Assembly: GCA_030390025.1 (NCBI GenBank)
Contig: CM059431.1
Coordinates: 159,404,001 to 159,468,000 of the forward strand
DNA from: Squalus acanthias
Lineage: Eukaryota
Reading direction: 5' to 3'
DNA: 64,000 nt
Shown piece after piece: positions 13,653 through 27,020 of the stretch (positions are counted from its first letter, which is position 1; every line of letters starts with the position of its first letter). A model generated the notes under the pieces. The model worked only from the letters and a program-made list of their open reading frames with translations, ran no database searches and was not told the origin of the DNA. The position numbers were made by a program, and so were the translations under genes.

Positions 13653-14393
13653 GGCCCAGAAATTTGACTCGGAGGCTTGCTGCGGGGGTAAGGATCGCGC
13701 GCGTTGTGTTTTGGGCCCACAGGAACTTCGGGTCCTGGGCCTCTCCCTAGTGCCGGCGCGCAGTGTGTGCGTGTCCCAGGGACGTAGTTAGTGCGATGCG
13801 ACCTCTGGGATCACGTGGGACATGGAGAGCCAATGGCAGCAGACCATCTTTCATTCATTGATTTGACAGGAGACCCGTCAAATCTGTGAATTGAAAGACA
13901 CCCCAAAAGAACAGCTAAACCTCAAATAAATTTTAAAAAAACCATCACATTAATAAAATATCTAAAGTTAAATAAATTAACCACTTTAAACAAAAATTAA
14001 AATGTTTGGAAAAAGTAAAACATTTTTTAAAACTTATAAAAATAAAATTAACTTTCTTGAAAGTCTCTAAAAAAGATAAATCTGTTGAAAAAAATTAAAA
14101 TGTATACTTAATTAACTACTTACCTTGTTCAAAAGGGGTCTTACGCCTCCTTTTAACTTGTGTAAAATCTTCCCTACCAACCCTCGGGTTGAAACCTGAA
14201 AAAAAACCTAAGTGTGCTGCTTGCTCACAGCCTCTAGTGCGCACATGGTTCACCTCGGAACCGCCTTCTTCGCCATACCGGAAGTGCCGGTTTCCCGCGC
14301 ATGCGCAGTGCATGCAGGACACTGGCACTTCGGGACCCAATACGGGTGAGTAGGCAGCGGGTACTGTCCCGTATTCGGCCTAATTTTTGGGCC
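13653..14393. mobile_element. Harbinger-type MITE (family H1), inverted relative to 1089-1848
   Basis: TIRs ggcccagaaattt / taatttttgggcc; exact ATT TSD at 13650-13652 and 14394-14396; interior is the reverse-complement homologue of 1089-1848. Confidence 0.82.
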
Positions 14394-15033
14394 ATTGTCT
14401 TCCATTGCACCAGTAACTTTGTTCTCTAGCCAGTAACTCCATCGCGCTCACTGCCCATTGTCTGAAGCTGATACAGACGGTTCGCCACCTTGGTGTTGTA
14501 TTTGAGCCCTAAATGATCTTCCGACCACATATCCGCTCCAACGACAATACTGCTAACATCCAGCTCCGCAACTTCGCCCGTCTCTTCCCCTGCCTCAGCT
14601 CATCTGCTGCTGAAACTTTCATTCAAACCTTTGTTACATCTAGCCTTGACTATTCCAATGCTTTCCTGGACGGCCTCCCACCTATCACAATTAATCAACT
14701 TGATCTTATCCTAAACTCCGCTGCAAGTATTCTAACTCGTACCAAGACCAGTTCACCCATTACCCCAGTGCTTCTGACCTGCGTTGGCTCCCGGTCCGGC
14801 AAAGCCTTGGTTGTAAAATTCTCAAGCTTGTTTTCAAATCCGTCCATTGCTTTGCCCCTCCTTATCTCTGTAACTTCCTCCAACCTCACAACCCGCCGAG
14901 ATCTCTGCACTCCAACGAATGCGCAACCCCGATTTTCACCGCCCTGTCTTCAGCTGCCTAGGCCCTAAACTTTGGAATTCCCTCCCGAAACCGCTCTGAC
15001 ATTCTAACGCTCGCTCCTCCTTTCAGACACTAA

Positions 15034-18000
15034 GGGCTGGCTTTTGATACTGGGGCGGGTTGCGGTCGTGTCATTCACTTTTCGTGTTATTCACCCGACT
15101 GCAATTGGAGGTGGGAGATTGATGCAATTTTCAACTAATTTGGCAATTGATTTCCAGCATTTGGGAACCCATGAACCAATTAGTGTTTTCATCTGAATGT
15201 CGTCTCTGATGATGTCATCATTGCTGCTGCATTGAAGGTCTTCAAAGACTGCCTGGGCTTTGCTGAGAGAGGACCTGCAAACTAAGCAGCAGCGCTAAGT
15301 CTGCTCCCAGATAGAAACATAGAAACATAGAAGATATGAGCAGGAGTAGGCCATTCGGCCCCTCGAGCCTGCTCCGTCATTCGATGAGATCATGGCTGAT
15401 CATCCAAACTCAGTACCCTGTACCTGTCTTCTCCCCATATCCCTTGATACCTTTAGCTTTAAGAAATAAAACTAACTCATTCTTGAACATATTTAATGAC
15501 TTGGCCTCAACTACCTTCTGTGGTCGAGAATTCCACAGGTTCACCACTCACTGGTAGAAGAAATTATTCCTCATTTCTGTCCTAAATGGCTTACCCGTTA
15601 TCCTTAGATTATGACCCCTGGTTCTGGACTCTCCGACCATCAGGAACATTCTTCCTACATCTAGTTTGTCCAGACCTGTCAGAATTTTATATGTTTCGAT
15701 GAGATCCCCTCTCATTCTTCTAATCCAGCGAATATAAGCCCAATCGACCCAATCTCTCCTCATATGTCATTCCTGCCATCCCAGGTATCAGCCTTGTGAA
15801 TCTTCGCTGAACTCCTTCCATGGCAAGAACATCCTTCCTCAGATAAGGCGACCAAAACTGCACACAGTACTCAAGGTGTGGTCTCACCAAGGCCCTGTAC
15901 AACTGCAGCAGGACATCCCTGTTCCTATACTCAAAACCTTTCGCTATGAAGGCCAACATACCATTTGCCTTCTTTACCGTCTGCTGCACCTGGATGCTTA
16001 CTTTCAGCGACTGGTGCACAAGGACACCTAGGTCTCGTTGCACTTCCCCTTCTCCCAATCTATTGCCATTCAGATAATAGTCTGTCTTTCTGTTTTTGAC
16101 ACCAAATAGGATAACCTCGCATTTATAAACGTTATATTGCATCTGCCACGCTTCTGCCCACTCACCCAACCTGTCCAAATCATCCTGGAGTTTCTCGGTA
16201 TCCTCCTCGCAGCACATACTCCCACCCAGATTTGTGTCATCTGCAAACTTGGAGATATTACATTTAGTTCCCTTATCTAGATCATTGATGTATATTGTGA
16301 ATAGCTGGGGTCCAAGGACCGATCCCTGCGGTACCCCAGCAGTCTCTGCTTGCCACTCGGAAAAAGACCCATTAATTCCTACTCTCTGCTTCCTGTCCGC
16401 CAACCAGTTCTCTATCCAAGTCAATACCTTGCCCCCAATCCCTTGTGCCCTAACTTTACACGCTAATCTCTTATGCGGGAACTTATCGAAAGCCTTTTGA
16501 AAGTCCAAATACACCACATCTACTGGTTCACCCTTATCTATTTTCCCAGTTACATCCTCAAAAAATTCCAGTAGATTAGTCAAGCACGATTTACCTTTTG
16601 TAAATCCATGTTGACTTTGTCCAATCCTGTCACTGTTTTTCAAGTTCTCAGCTATTACATCCTTTATAATGGACTCTAGCATTTTCCCCAATACCGCTGT
16701 CAGGCTTACCGGTCTGTAATACCCCGCTTTCTCTCTACCACCCTTTTTGAATAGTGGGGTAACATTGGCTACCCTCCAATCCATGGGCACAGTTCCAGAT
16801 TCCATCGAATGTTGGAAGATGATCAGCAAAGCATCTACTATTTCTAGGGTCACTTCCTTAAGTACCCTAGGATGCAGATTATCAGGCCCTGGGGATTTAT
16901 CGGCCTTCAATCCCGTCAATTACCCTAACACCATTTCAATGCAAATACTGATTTATTTCAGTTCCTCCCTTTCATCAGACCGTATGTTCTCCAAAATCTC
17001 TGGGAGGTTATTTGGGTCCTCCTTTGTGAAGACAGGACCCAATTATGCATTTAATTGAGCTCCATTTCTTTGTTCCCCATTATAGCTTCCCCCGCTTCTG
17101 ACTGCAAGGGGCCTACACTTGATTTCACTAATCTTTTTCTCTTCACATATCTATAATAGCTCTTAGAGTCAGTTTTTATGTTCCCAGCAAGCTTATTTCA
17201 TATTCTATTTTCCCCTTCTTAATTAATCCCTTTGTCCTCCTTTGTTGAATCCTAAACTGCTCCCAATCCTCAGGGCTACCGCTTTTGCTGGGCAATGTAT
17301 ATGCCCTCTCCTTGGATCTTATGCTATCCCTAATTTCCCTTGTTAGCCAAAGTTGAGTCACCTTTTTTGTTTTATTCTTATGCCACACTGGGATGAACAA
17401 ATTCTGGAGTTCTTCCATGCAGTCTTTGAATATTTGCCATTGCCTATCCACCGTCAACACCTTGAGTGACATTCCCCAATCAATCCTACCCAATTCGCGC
17501 CTCATACCATCGTAGTTTCCATTATTTAAATTCAGGACCCTAGTCTCTGATTCAACTGCTTCACTCTCCATCCTAATGAAGAATTCTATCATATTATGAT
17601 CACTCTGACCCAAGGGGCCTCGTACAACAAGATTGCTAAGTAATCATTTCTCGTTACATTATACCCAGTCTAAGATGGCCTGATCTCTGGTTGGTTCATA
17701 GACATATTGTTCCAGAGAACCATCTCGTAAACATTCTCGGAATTCCTCCTCCACAGTATTTTTACTAATTTGGTTAGCCCAATCTATATGTATATTAAAG
17801 TCACCAATGATGACTTCTGTGCCCTTACTGCATGCTTCTCTAATTTCCCTTTTAATGCCGTCCCCAACCTCTGTATTACTGTTTGGAGGTCTATATACCA
17901 CTCCCACTAACGTTTTCTGCCCCTTGTTATTTCTCAGTTCTACCCATTAAGATTCCACATCATCAGAGCTAATATCCTTCCCTTCAATTGTGTTAATCCC

Positions 18001-19528
18001 CTCTTTAACCAGCAATGCTACCCCACCTCCCTTTCTTTTATGCCTATCTTTCCTAAATATTGAATAACTCTGGATGTTGAGTTCCCAGCCTTGACCACCC
18101 TGTAGCCATGTTTCTGTAATCCCAATCAAATCGTATTCATTTACCTCTATTTGCGCAGCTAATTCATCCACCTTGTTCCGAATGCTCCTTGCATTAAGAC
18201 ACAAAGCCTACAGGCTTGTTTTTTTAACGCTCTCAGACCTGTATGAATTATTATTTACGGTGACCATGTTTGATTTAAACCGTTGAGTTCTTTGCCTTCT
18301 ACTTTTGTTTTTCTCCTTCCTGTCTTTAGCTTTTATCCTTGTTTCCCTTTCCTCTGTCTCGCTGCTCAGGTTCCCAACCCCCTGCCACTTTAGTTTAAAC
18401 CCTCCCCAACGGCACTAGCAAACAGTCCCCCTAGGACGTCGGTCCCGGCCCTGCCCAGGTGCAGACCGTCCCGTTTGTACTGGTCCCACCTCCACAGAAC
18501 CGGTTCCAATGTCCAAGGAATTTGAATCCCTCCCCCTTGCACCATTCCTCTAGCCACGTATTCATTTGAAATATCCTCCTATTTCTACTCTGACTAGCAC
18601 GTGGCACTGGTAGCCATCCTGAGATTACTACCTTTGAGGTCCTCTTTTTTAATTTACCTCCTAACTCCCTTTATTCTGCTTTTAGGACCTCATCCCTTTC
18701 GTTGCCTATATCCTTGATGCCTATGTGCACCACGACAACTGGCTGCTCGCCCTCCCCCTCCAAAATGTTCTGTAACCGCTCCGAGATGTCCTTGACCCTT
18801 GCACCAGGGAGGCAACACACCAACATGGAGTCTCGATTGCGGCCGGAGAAACGCCTATCTATTCCCCTTACAATTGAATCCCCTATCACTATAGCTCGTC
18901 CACACTTTTTCCTCCCAGCCTGTGCAGCAGAGCCAACCAAAGTGCCAGGAAGTTGGCTGCTGCCGCCTTCCGCTAATAAGTCATCTCTCCCAACAGCATC
19001 CAAAGAGGTATATCTGTTTGAGAGGGGGATGTCCACAGGGGACCCCTGCACTACCTGCCTGCACCTCTTACTCTGCCTGGTGGTCACCCATTCACTTCCT
19101 GCCTGCCTGATATTTTTACACCACCTATCCCAGATATGTCTCCTCTCTATCCATCCATATATGCATCCCCACAGCCAGCCAGCCAGCCAGCGTGCCAGCC
19201 AGTCAGCGTCAAGTACGCATATCCAAATGTGCTCCCGCCAGGTTTCACAACCGTGATTCAGAACAGGCGTGCTTCACGTAGAACAAGGTTTAAAATCACA
19301 ACGGCCTTTCAAAATGGCATTATCGAGCCAATTTGCTGCTTGTTAAGAACCTTAACAGCCTATCCCGCCTTTCAGAGACGGGACGGAGTCGGGACCAGCA
19401 GACACAATTTAATGAAAATTGCGTGGAGGCGGGATGGAGGCGGACTTCTGCCCGCCCGCCAGTTTTCGAAATTTTAACCCCCCACACGCCTCCAAACCCG
19501 CCTCCACGGGTCAATGAAAATCCAGCCC
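15034..19528. mobile_element. Harbinger-type MITE (family H2) with a CR1 nested inside
   Basis: TIRs gggctggcttttga / tgaaaatccagccc; exact TAA TSD at 15031-15033 and 19529-19531. Confidence 0.82.
15314..19127 (-). mobile_element. CR1 LINE (family B), 5'-truncated within ORF1
   Basis: 399-aa RT ORF 15720-16919 with FADDT; EN and esterase fragments; very similar to 5267-9060; 9-bp TSD tcccagata at 15305-15313 and 19128-19136. Confidence 0.93.
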
Positions 19529-21672
19529 TAAGATTTACTTTATGTACCAAGTATTTGTTCACCTGTCCTAATATGTGGCTCGATGTTAAATCGTGTTTTA
19601 TAACGCTTCGGTGAAGCGCCCTGGGACGTTTCACTTCGTTAAAGGAGCTGTAATAATTCAGTTTGTTGTAGTTGTTGTGTAGCACAGCAGGCGGCCGCTG
19701 AAAGACGTTTACAACCACGGCCCATTCCCCTTGCGCGTTGAGAAAGCTTCTTCCACTTAATGAGCCGATTAGATGTATTCTTAATCCACGCCGCTTGCAT
19801 TCCAAGGTGATAAAAAGACGCTCAAGCATTTTCATGCATCTTGTAAAGGGGCATGAGTGGAAGAGTTTCGCAAACTGATTGAGTGAGTGAGAACAATGAC
19901 AGAAGCAAACAGTATAACCACCGTACCATTGAAAAACTTCTCAAGTCATCTGTGCAAATACATTTTTCAAATGACTGTTTTTAATATTATGTGAAATCTG
20001 TGCCTAATCATCATTATCTTATTTACCTGTCACAACAAACGATTACTATGTGCTTTTCTGTAACCCTAAAAGCATTTTACTGGTACTTCGGTAAAGATTC
20101 CAGCTACAGTGAAAACATTTTACCTTCTCAAATGTCTCTTCAAATCTGTAATTCCTTCGCCATGGCAGTGTTCTACGGCGGGTGATATTGACTGTGGGCG
20201 ATATTGTAAAATATTCGGCAAAAAAATATCGGCTGCCCATGATACACTATTTCCTTTCCATTGGGATGAATCCCGTTTAACACTTACGCGTAAAGTCCAG
20301 ATGTACCCGTTGCGTCAGTGGAGAAGAAATCAGGCGTGGAGCTTAATAGTTGGCTATTTCGACATCGCCCATTTTGCACCACAGGCCAAAGTAAAACTTA
20401 GCCACAAAATCTACTGCATGGCATAAAAATGCACCTTCCAGAAATGTTGAATCCTTTAAGCCTTATTTGCAGTCGGCGTAGCCGATGCTGAGGCCAAGGA
20501 GGTGAAGACCAAAATACATTGAAGTCAATAGAAAGCATTATTGGATGGGGTGTGTAATGACCACTCATCATAATGAACCCTTATTACAAACTATTTGTTA
20601 CGTAAAAATACATTGTCACAAATTATGCAATGTAAAAAAATCTAACACTGAAATTCTGCCATTATAATAAATTCAGTAACTGCAATCTTCTCATGGTAAC
20701 AATCTGTTATTGTACATCTTTCATAAGAACAAAGTATGTTTATTCAAAATTCACAAATATCAGTTGTTAAAACCTCTTATAACTCATACTGGCAATAAAA
20801 GTATTTCATTACTTTACACTTTGATTATTAATTTCTCATTAGAAAAATGTTACAAATCCCTAATGTTATGCTTTATTCGGTGTGTTTACAAACACTTCAT
20901 TATGATAACCTCTGAAAACAAATCTCCCATGATAGCATTGTTTTGTTACAGATCATATTGTTACTATAGTTTTCGCGTCTAGTCCCCTTACGCTGTGGAA
21001 CAAGCTTCCTGTGCCCGTTTGCACCAGATTTAAAATTGTTCAGCCGTAGGTGGGAAATAAGCCCACCTTTTCGTCAGCACATTGATTTGTATGAGGAGCT
21101 GAAAGGCGCTGTGAAGCCAATGTGCAGTCGGAACTTGACAGATCGCAAGTTTGGGATTGAGCGCAGCAGAAATGCCGAATTTGCAGTCAGTATTTTTAAA
21201 GGGGTTGGGTATGATGACCTACTCTGAAGGTAAGCCGTCAGACAGACCAAAAATTCAGGGACTTAATCTATTTAGTTCTGAGTTACAAAGTATCTGCAGC
21301 AGAGAAACAGGCCATTCGGCCCAACAGGTCCATGCCGAGTTCTACTTCAATATTTAACCCGTCACGTAAATCATTTAAAACCCATAACGATCGACTGTGG
21401 AATTGAAACATTTTTGCTTTGCTTTCAGATTGGCAGCATTAGTATTTTATAGTTTTATTTTCATCTCTGCTTATTATACTACCAACATGTTTTCTCTTTT
21501 AATGCGAGCTGAGCAACAACGGTCTCACAGACACTTATATCGAGGGACTCTGCTGCACACTCCGCACGAACGAGTCACTGAGAATATTGGACCTCCGTAA
21601 CCGTAAAATAACTGGTGAGAAGGAAAACTGTTTGAAACTGCAATCATATTGCCAACTGCATAACATCACGGG

Positions 21673-21895
21673 GAAACATAGAAACATAGAAACATAGAAT
21701 CTAGGAGCAGGAGTAGGCCATTCGGCCCGTCGAGCCTGCTCCACCATTCAATACGATCATGGCTGATCATCCAAATCCAGTACCCTGTCCCTGCTTTAAT
21801 CCCCAGAGTACACATATACCACCCTAATCCCGTAACCCCACGTATTTAATTCCCCCTAACATATCCCATCCTATCCCCATAACCCCACACGAATT
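21673..21895 (-). mobile_element. CR1 family B 3' end fused to a SINE-tail fragment
   Basis: (gaaacata)x3 tail plus ggagcaggagtaggccattcggccc; then ccctaatcccgtaaccccacgtatttaat, similar to the SINE at ~12160-12200. Confidence 0.65.
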
Positions 21896-22385
21896 CTCAA
21901 CCGATAATTTATGTTGCTGCATTAGCCTTGTATCATGCGACCAATAGGGCGGTCGGAGGCGAGCTAAATTGATGTGGATCTGTTCTCTTCTAGCAATTGC
22001 AATATTCGTATGTTCTTCATAGTTATATTCCTCGCATGGATTAAAAAAGCGAATGAGGTTATTCTACTCCAGTAAATAAATAAAATTTTTGGGGCAAAAT
22101 TGTTCTTGGGCGGTTGGAGAAAAAGGGACATAGCGAAAGCACAGCCCGTGGTGCATCCCACCTGTCTTTCTTGTCCGTTAAAAGCAATTGAAACGAACGT
22201 CTGGTGCAGTTTAAAATGGACAGCCGATTCGGTATCGTTGAAATAGCGCTACCGCACTAATTACCGTGATATTTACTGGAACTGCGGAATTTTAGCGGGA
22301 TTTGAAGTAATTACAGCAGTGTAGCTGAAAAACCGCATTTTATTGCTTTTAAAAGATGAATTGATTGTGAACAGCTGAACGATAT

Positions 22386-22731
22386 GGGCCTAGTATTGCG
22401 ACTTGGACTGTGGTGCAAAACGGGCCATATCGGATCTGCCTCCGTTCATACGCAGCGCCCGGTGTTTAATATTGACTGCAATGAAACGGGCAGCCGATCC
22501 GATACCGCCCGTTTTGCGCCATCGCCCGAGAAAAAAGTCGAGATCAATTTGCCTAGAAATACGTCTCGGCGGGTGGCGATAAACGGGCCGTATAGGATCG
22601 GCCGCCTGTTATACGCAGCGCCTGATATTCAGTTCCATTAACTGCAATAGAACACGAATATCAGGCGCTGCGTATAAGGGGCGGCCGATCCGATACCGTC
22701 CGTTTTGCGCCACCGCCCAGGACGAGTTTCC
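22386..22731. mobile_element. Two adjacent palindromic MITE copies (family P)
   Basis: aaacgggccgtataggatcggccgcc..tatacgcagcgcctgatattc / gaatatcaggcgctgcgtata..ggcggccgatcc hairpin; a similar unit at 22386-22550. Confidence 0.65.
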
Positions 22732-22819
22732 TTTTCTTACTTGTGCAATAGTGTATTAGTTCACATGTCGCTTCCCTGTAATCTGCGAATACAACCCACA
22801 TTAAATGCCATGATTTTGT

Positions 22820-25715
22820 TTTTCGTTCACGGTTCTTGTCGTCGCAGGCAAGGCCAGCATTTATTGCCCATCCCTAATTGACCTTGAGAAGGTGGTGGTG
22901 AGCCACCTTCTTGACAGCTGCAGTCCGTGCAGTGAAGGTACTCCACAGTGGTGTTGTTAGTTAGGGAGTTCCAGATTTCTGACCTAGCGACGATGAAGGA
23001 ACGGCGATAAATTTTCAAGTCAGGATAGTGTGTGACTTGGAGGGGAACATGGAGTTGGTTGTGGTCCCATGCGCCTACTGCACTTGTCCTTCTCGGTCGT
23101 AGTGGTCGCGAGTTTGGGAGGTGCTGCCGAAGAAGCCTTGCGGAGTTGCTGCGGTGCATCTTGTAGATGGTTCACACTGCAGCCACGGTACGCTGGTGGT
23201 GGAGGGAGTGAATGTTTAAAGTGCTGGATGTTTTGCCAATCAAGCGGGCTGTTTTGTCCTGGATAGTGTCGAGCTTCTTGAGGGTTTTTGGAGCTGCATG
23301 CATCCAGTCAAGTGGAGAGTATTCCATCACCCTCTTTGCTTGTGCCTTGTAGATGGTGGAAAGGCTTTGGGGAGTCAGGAGGTGAGACACTCGCCGCAGA
23401 ATAACTAACCTATGACATATCTTGTTGCCACAGTATTTTTTAGGCTGGTGCAGCTAGGTTTCTGGTCAATGGTGACCCCTAGAATGTTGATGGTGGGAGA
23501 TTATGCGATGGTAATGCCATTGAATATAATGGGGCAATGGGTAGATTCTAGCTTGTTGGAGATAGCCATTGTCTGGCACTTCTGTGGCACTAATGTTACC
23601 TGTCACTTATCAGCCCAAGCCTGAACATGGTCCAGGACTTGTAGCTTGCGAGCATGGATTGCTTCCTTATCTGACCTGTTGTGAATGGAGATTAACACTG
23701 TGCAGTCATCAGCGAACATCCTCTTTTCTGACCTTACTTTGGAAATAAGATCATTGATGAAGCAACAGAAGATGGTTGAGCCTAGGACTCTGCCCTGAGG
23801 AATTCCTGCAGCGATGTCTTGGGGCTGTGATGATTGACATTCAATCACCACAACCATCTTCCTTTGTGCTAGTTATGACTCCAGCCGTTGGAGAGTTTTA
23901 CCCCCGATTCCCATTGACTTCAACTTTACTCGGGCTCCTTGATGTCACACTCGGTCAACCTTGATATCAACGAGTCACTCTCACCTCACCTCTTCAATTC
24001 AGCTCCTTTTTCAATGTTTGGACCAAGGCTGTAATGAGGTCGGGAGCCGAGTGGTAATGGCAGAATCCAAACTGGGCATCAGTGAGCAGGTTGTTGGTGA
24101 GTAAGTGCCGTTTGATATAAATGTTGATGACACCTTCCATCACTTTGCTGAGAGTAGAGTATGGGGCGTTAATTGGCCGCTTTGGACTTGTCCTGCTTTT
24201 TGTGGACTAGACATACGTGGGCAGTTTCCCACATTGTCGGATAGATGTCTGTGTTGTAGCTGTACTGGAACAGCTTGGCTAGAGGCACGGCTAGTGCTGG
24301 AGCAAATGTCTTCTGCATGATAGCCGGGATGTTGTCGGGGCCCATTGCTTTTGCTGTATCCAGTGCGCTCAGCCGCCTCTTGATATCTCGTGGAGTAAAT
24401 CGAATTAGCTGAAGACTGGCTTCTGTGATGGTGGGGACCTTAGGAGAAGGCCGCTATGGATCATCCACTCTGCAGTTCTGGCTGAAGAAGGTGGCAAACG
24501 CTTCAGCCCTGTCTTTTACAGTCACGTGCTGGGCTCCACCATCATTGAGGATGGGGATATTCATGGAGGTTCCTCCTCCGGTTAGTTGTTCAATGGTCCA
24601 CCAGCATTCACGACTGGATGTGATAGGACTGTAGAGCTTTGATCTGATCCGTTGCTTGTGGGATCGCTTAGCCCTGTCTATAGCATGCTGCATCCACTTT
24701 TTAGCATGCATCTAGTCCTGTGTTGCAGCTTCCCCAGGTTGGCACCTCATTATTAGCTATGCCTGGTGCTGCTCCTGGCATGCTCTTCTACAACCATAAT
24801 TGAAACAGGATTGGTCCCCTGGCTTGATGGTAATGGGAGAGTGAGGGATATGCCGGGCCATGAGTTTATAGATTCTGGTGGAATACAATTCTGCTGCTGC
24901 TGATGGAACCTCAGCGCCTCATGGATGCCCAGTTTGGAGCTGCTAGAACAGTTCCGAAACTATCCCATTTAGCACAGTGGTAGTGCCACATAACACGATG
25001 CAGGGTACCCTCAGCGTGAAGAGGGGACTTCGTCAACACAATGACTATGCGGTGGTCACTGCTACCATTACTGTCATAGACAGATACATCTGCGATAGGT
25101 AGATTGGTCAGGACGAGTTCAAGTAGGTTTGCACCTCGTGTTGGTTGTCTCCCCAACTGTCACAGGCCCAGACTGGCAGATATGTCCTTCAGGACTCGGC
25201 CCAGCGCGGTCTGTAGTGGTTCTACCGAGTATCTCTTGGTGATGGACATTGAGGTCCACCACCCATAGTAAATTCTGTGCCTTTGTTACTCTCAGTACTT
25301 CTTCCAAGTGGTTTTCAACATGGAGGAGTACTGATTCATCATCTGAGGGTGGGTGGTAGGTGGTAATCAGCAGGAGCACTCTTTGCCCATGCTTGACCTG
25401 AATCCATGAGATTTCATGAGTTCTGGAGTCAATGTTGAAAACAACCAATGCCACTCCTTCCCAAATGTATATCACTCTGCCGCCACCCCTGTTTGGACTG
25501 TCCTGCCGATGGGACGGGACATTCTCAGGAATGGTGATGGAGCAGTTTGGAGCATTGGCTTAAAGGAATGATTATGTGAGTATGACTATGTCAGGATATT
25601 GCTTGACTGGTCTGTGGGACAGCTCTCCAAATTTTTACACAAGTCCCCAGATGTTGGTGAGGAGTACGTTGCAGCGTCCACTGGTAAGGTGTGCTGCTGT
25701 TGTGCCCGTATCCCG
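22820..25715 (-). mobile_element. Non-LTR retrotransposon of a distinct CR1/L2-group family (EN+RT), decayed
   Basis: EN fragments YHPPSDDESVLLHVE, DLNVHH, PTRGANLL; RT GIPQG, FADDCTV, YKAQ..MEYSP; 3' end agggatgggcaataaatgctggccttg. Confidence 0.8.
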
Positions 25716-27020
25716 TAGGGGAGGACGAAAGAGAGTGGAAGAGCAATAATGGTAAGGGATTCGATAGTTACTGGAGCAGACAGGCGTTTCTTCGGCCGCA
25801 GACATGACGCCAGGATGACATTTTGCCTCCCTGGTGCCAGGGTCAATGATATAACTGAGCGGCTGGATCGAAAGTATTTAGCCAGAGTAAAATGGAAACA
25901 AAGACTGACAGGAAAAACTGCAACGGAACATTGTGCGATCTTTAAGGAGGAAATGTTCCAAGTGCAGGCTAGGAACATTCCAACAAGAGGGAATGGTAAG
26001 GGTAACATATCAAGGGCTCCTTGGTTGAGGAGGGAGATAGAGATGATGATGGAACAAAAAAAGCGGGTGTATGTTGGATGTCAGGTGAATTCTTCCATGG
26101 AGAACCAGACTAAATACAATAAGTTGAGAGGGGATGTGAAGATGAAAATAAAATTGTCAAAGAGAGAATATGAGAGTACAATGTCGTTTAACATAAAAGG
26201 GAACCCACAAATCTTCTACTGGCATGTAAACAGTAAGCATGTAGTAAGAGGCGGGGTGCGGCCTATTAGGGACAAAGAAGGCGATATATGCTTAGAGGCG
26301 CAGGGCAAGGCTGGAATACTCAATGAGTACGTTGTATCGGTGTTTACTAAGGAGGTGGATGCTGACAAAATAACCGCATCAGAGGAAAAGGTAGAAGCAA
26401 TGGAAGGGTTGATAATTGATAGGCAGGATGTACTATACAGGCGGGATATGCTTAGAGTGGATTAGTCGCCTGTTCGAGATGGCTTGCATCCCAGATTGCC
26501 AAATGAATTGAGAGAGGTGATAGCGGAATTGCTTGCCATCATTTTACAATCTTCCCTAGATGCAGTGGAGGTGCCTGAGGATTGGAAATTGGCAAATGTG
26601 AATACATTGCTCAAGAAACGGTATACGTACAATCCAAGCATCTACAAGACGGTCAGTTTTACATCAGTGGTGGGTAAAGTTTAAGAAACAATAATCAAGG
26701 AAAAAATTAACGGGCATTTCGAGAGGTTTAAGCTAATTAAGTAGGGCCAACTCCGATTTGTAAAATGCAGATCGAGTTTGAATAATCTGATTGATTTTTT
26801 TGATGAAGTGACAGGGAGGATCGATGAAGGGAATGCAATGGATGTTGTCTAAATGGATTTTAGGAAGGCGTTTAACAAAGTACCACATAGACGGCTGGTT
26901 AACAAAATTGAGTATCATGGAATAGGTGTATCAGTGGCAGCTTGGATAAGGAATAGGGGAAAGGACAGAAAACAGCAAGTTGTGTTAAATGGCTGTTTTT
27001 CAGACTGGAGGATGGTTTAT
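25716..27020 (+). mobile_element. CR1 fragments (ORF1 esterase piece joined to family A ORF2 piece)
   Basis: ORF 25749 DSIVTG..CLPGARV fused to LARVKWKQRL; RT fragment MDFRKAFNKVPHRRL. Confidence 0.8.

Larger units (their letters stand above)
13306..19680 (+). mobile_element. L2-clade LINE 3' part, split by two MITEs (pieces ~13306-13652, 14394-15033, 19529-19680)
   Basis: YADD-like catgtacgctgacgat; ORF 14513 QLRNFARL..SAAETFIQTFVTSSLDYSNAFL; L2-type 3' end gcgccctgggacgtttcacttcgttaaagg..(gttgtt) tail. Confidence 0.75.

Noticed and set aside
15720..16919. Active retrotransposon or retron-like RT gene
   Set aside because: Part of a 5'-truncated CR1 with multiple disablements; the same applies to 6034-6951 and 45915-47093
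20980..21075. Minus-strand terminal coding exon of another gene
   Set aside because: Frame closed by TGA after ~30 codons, with no clear acceptor or homology
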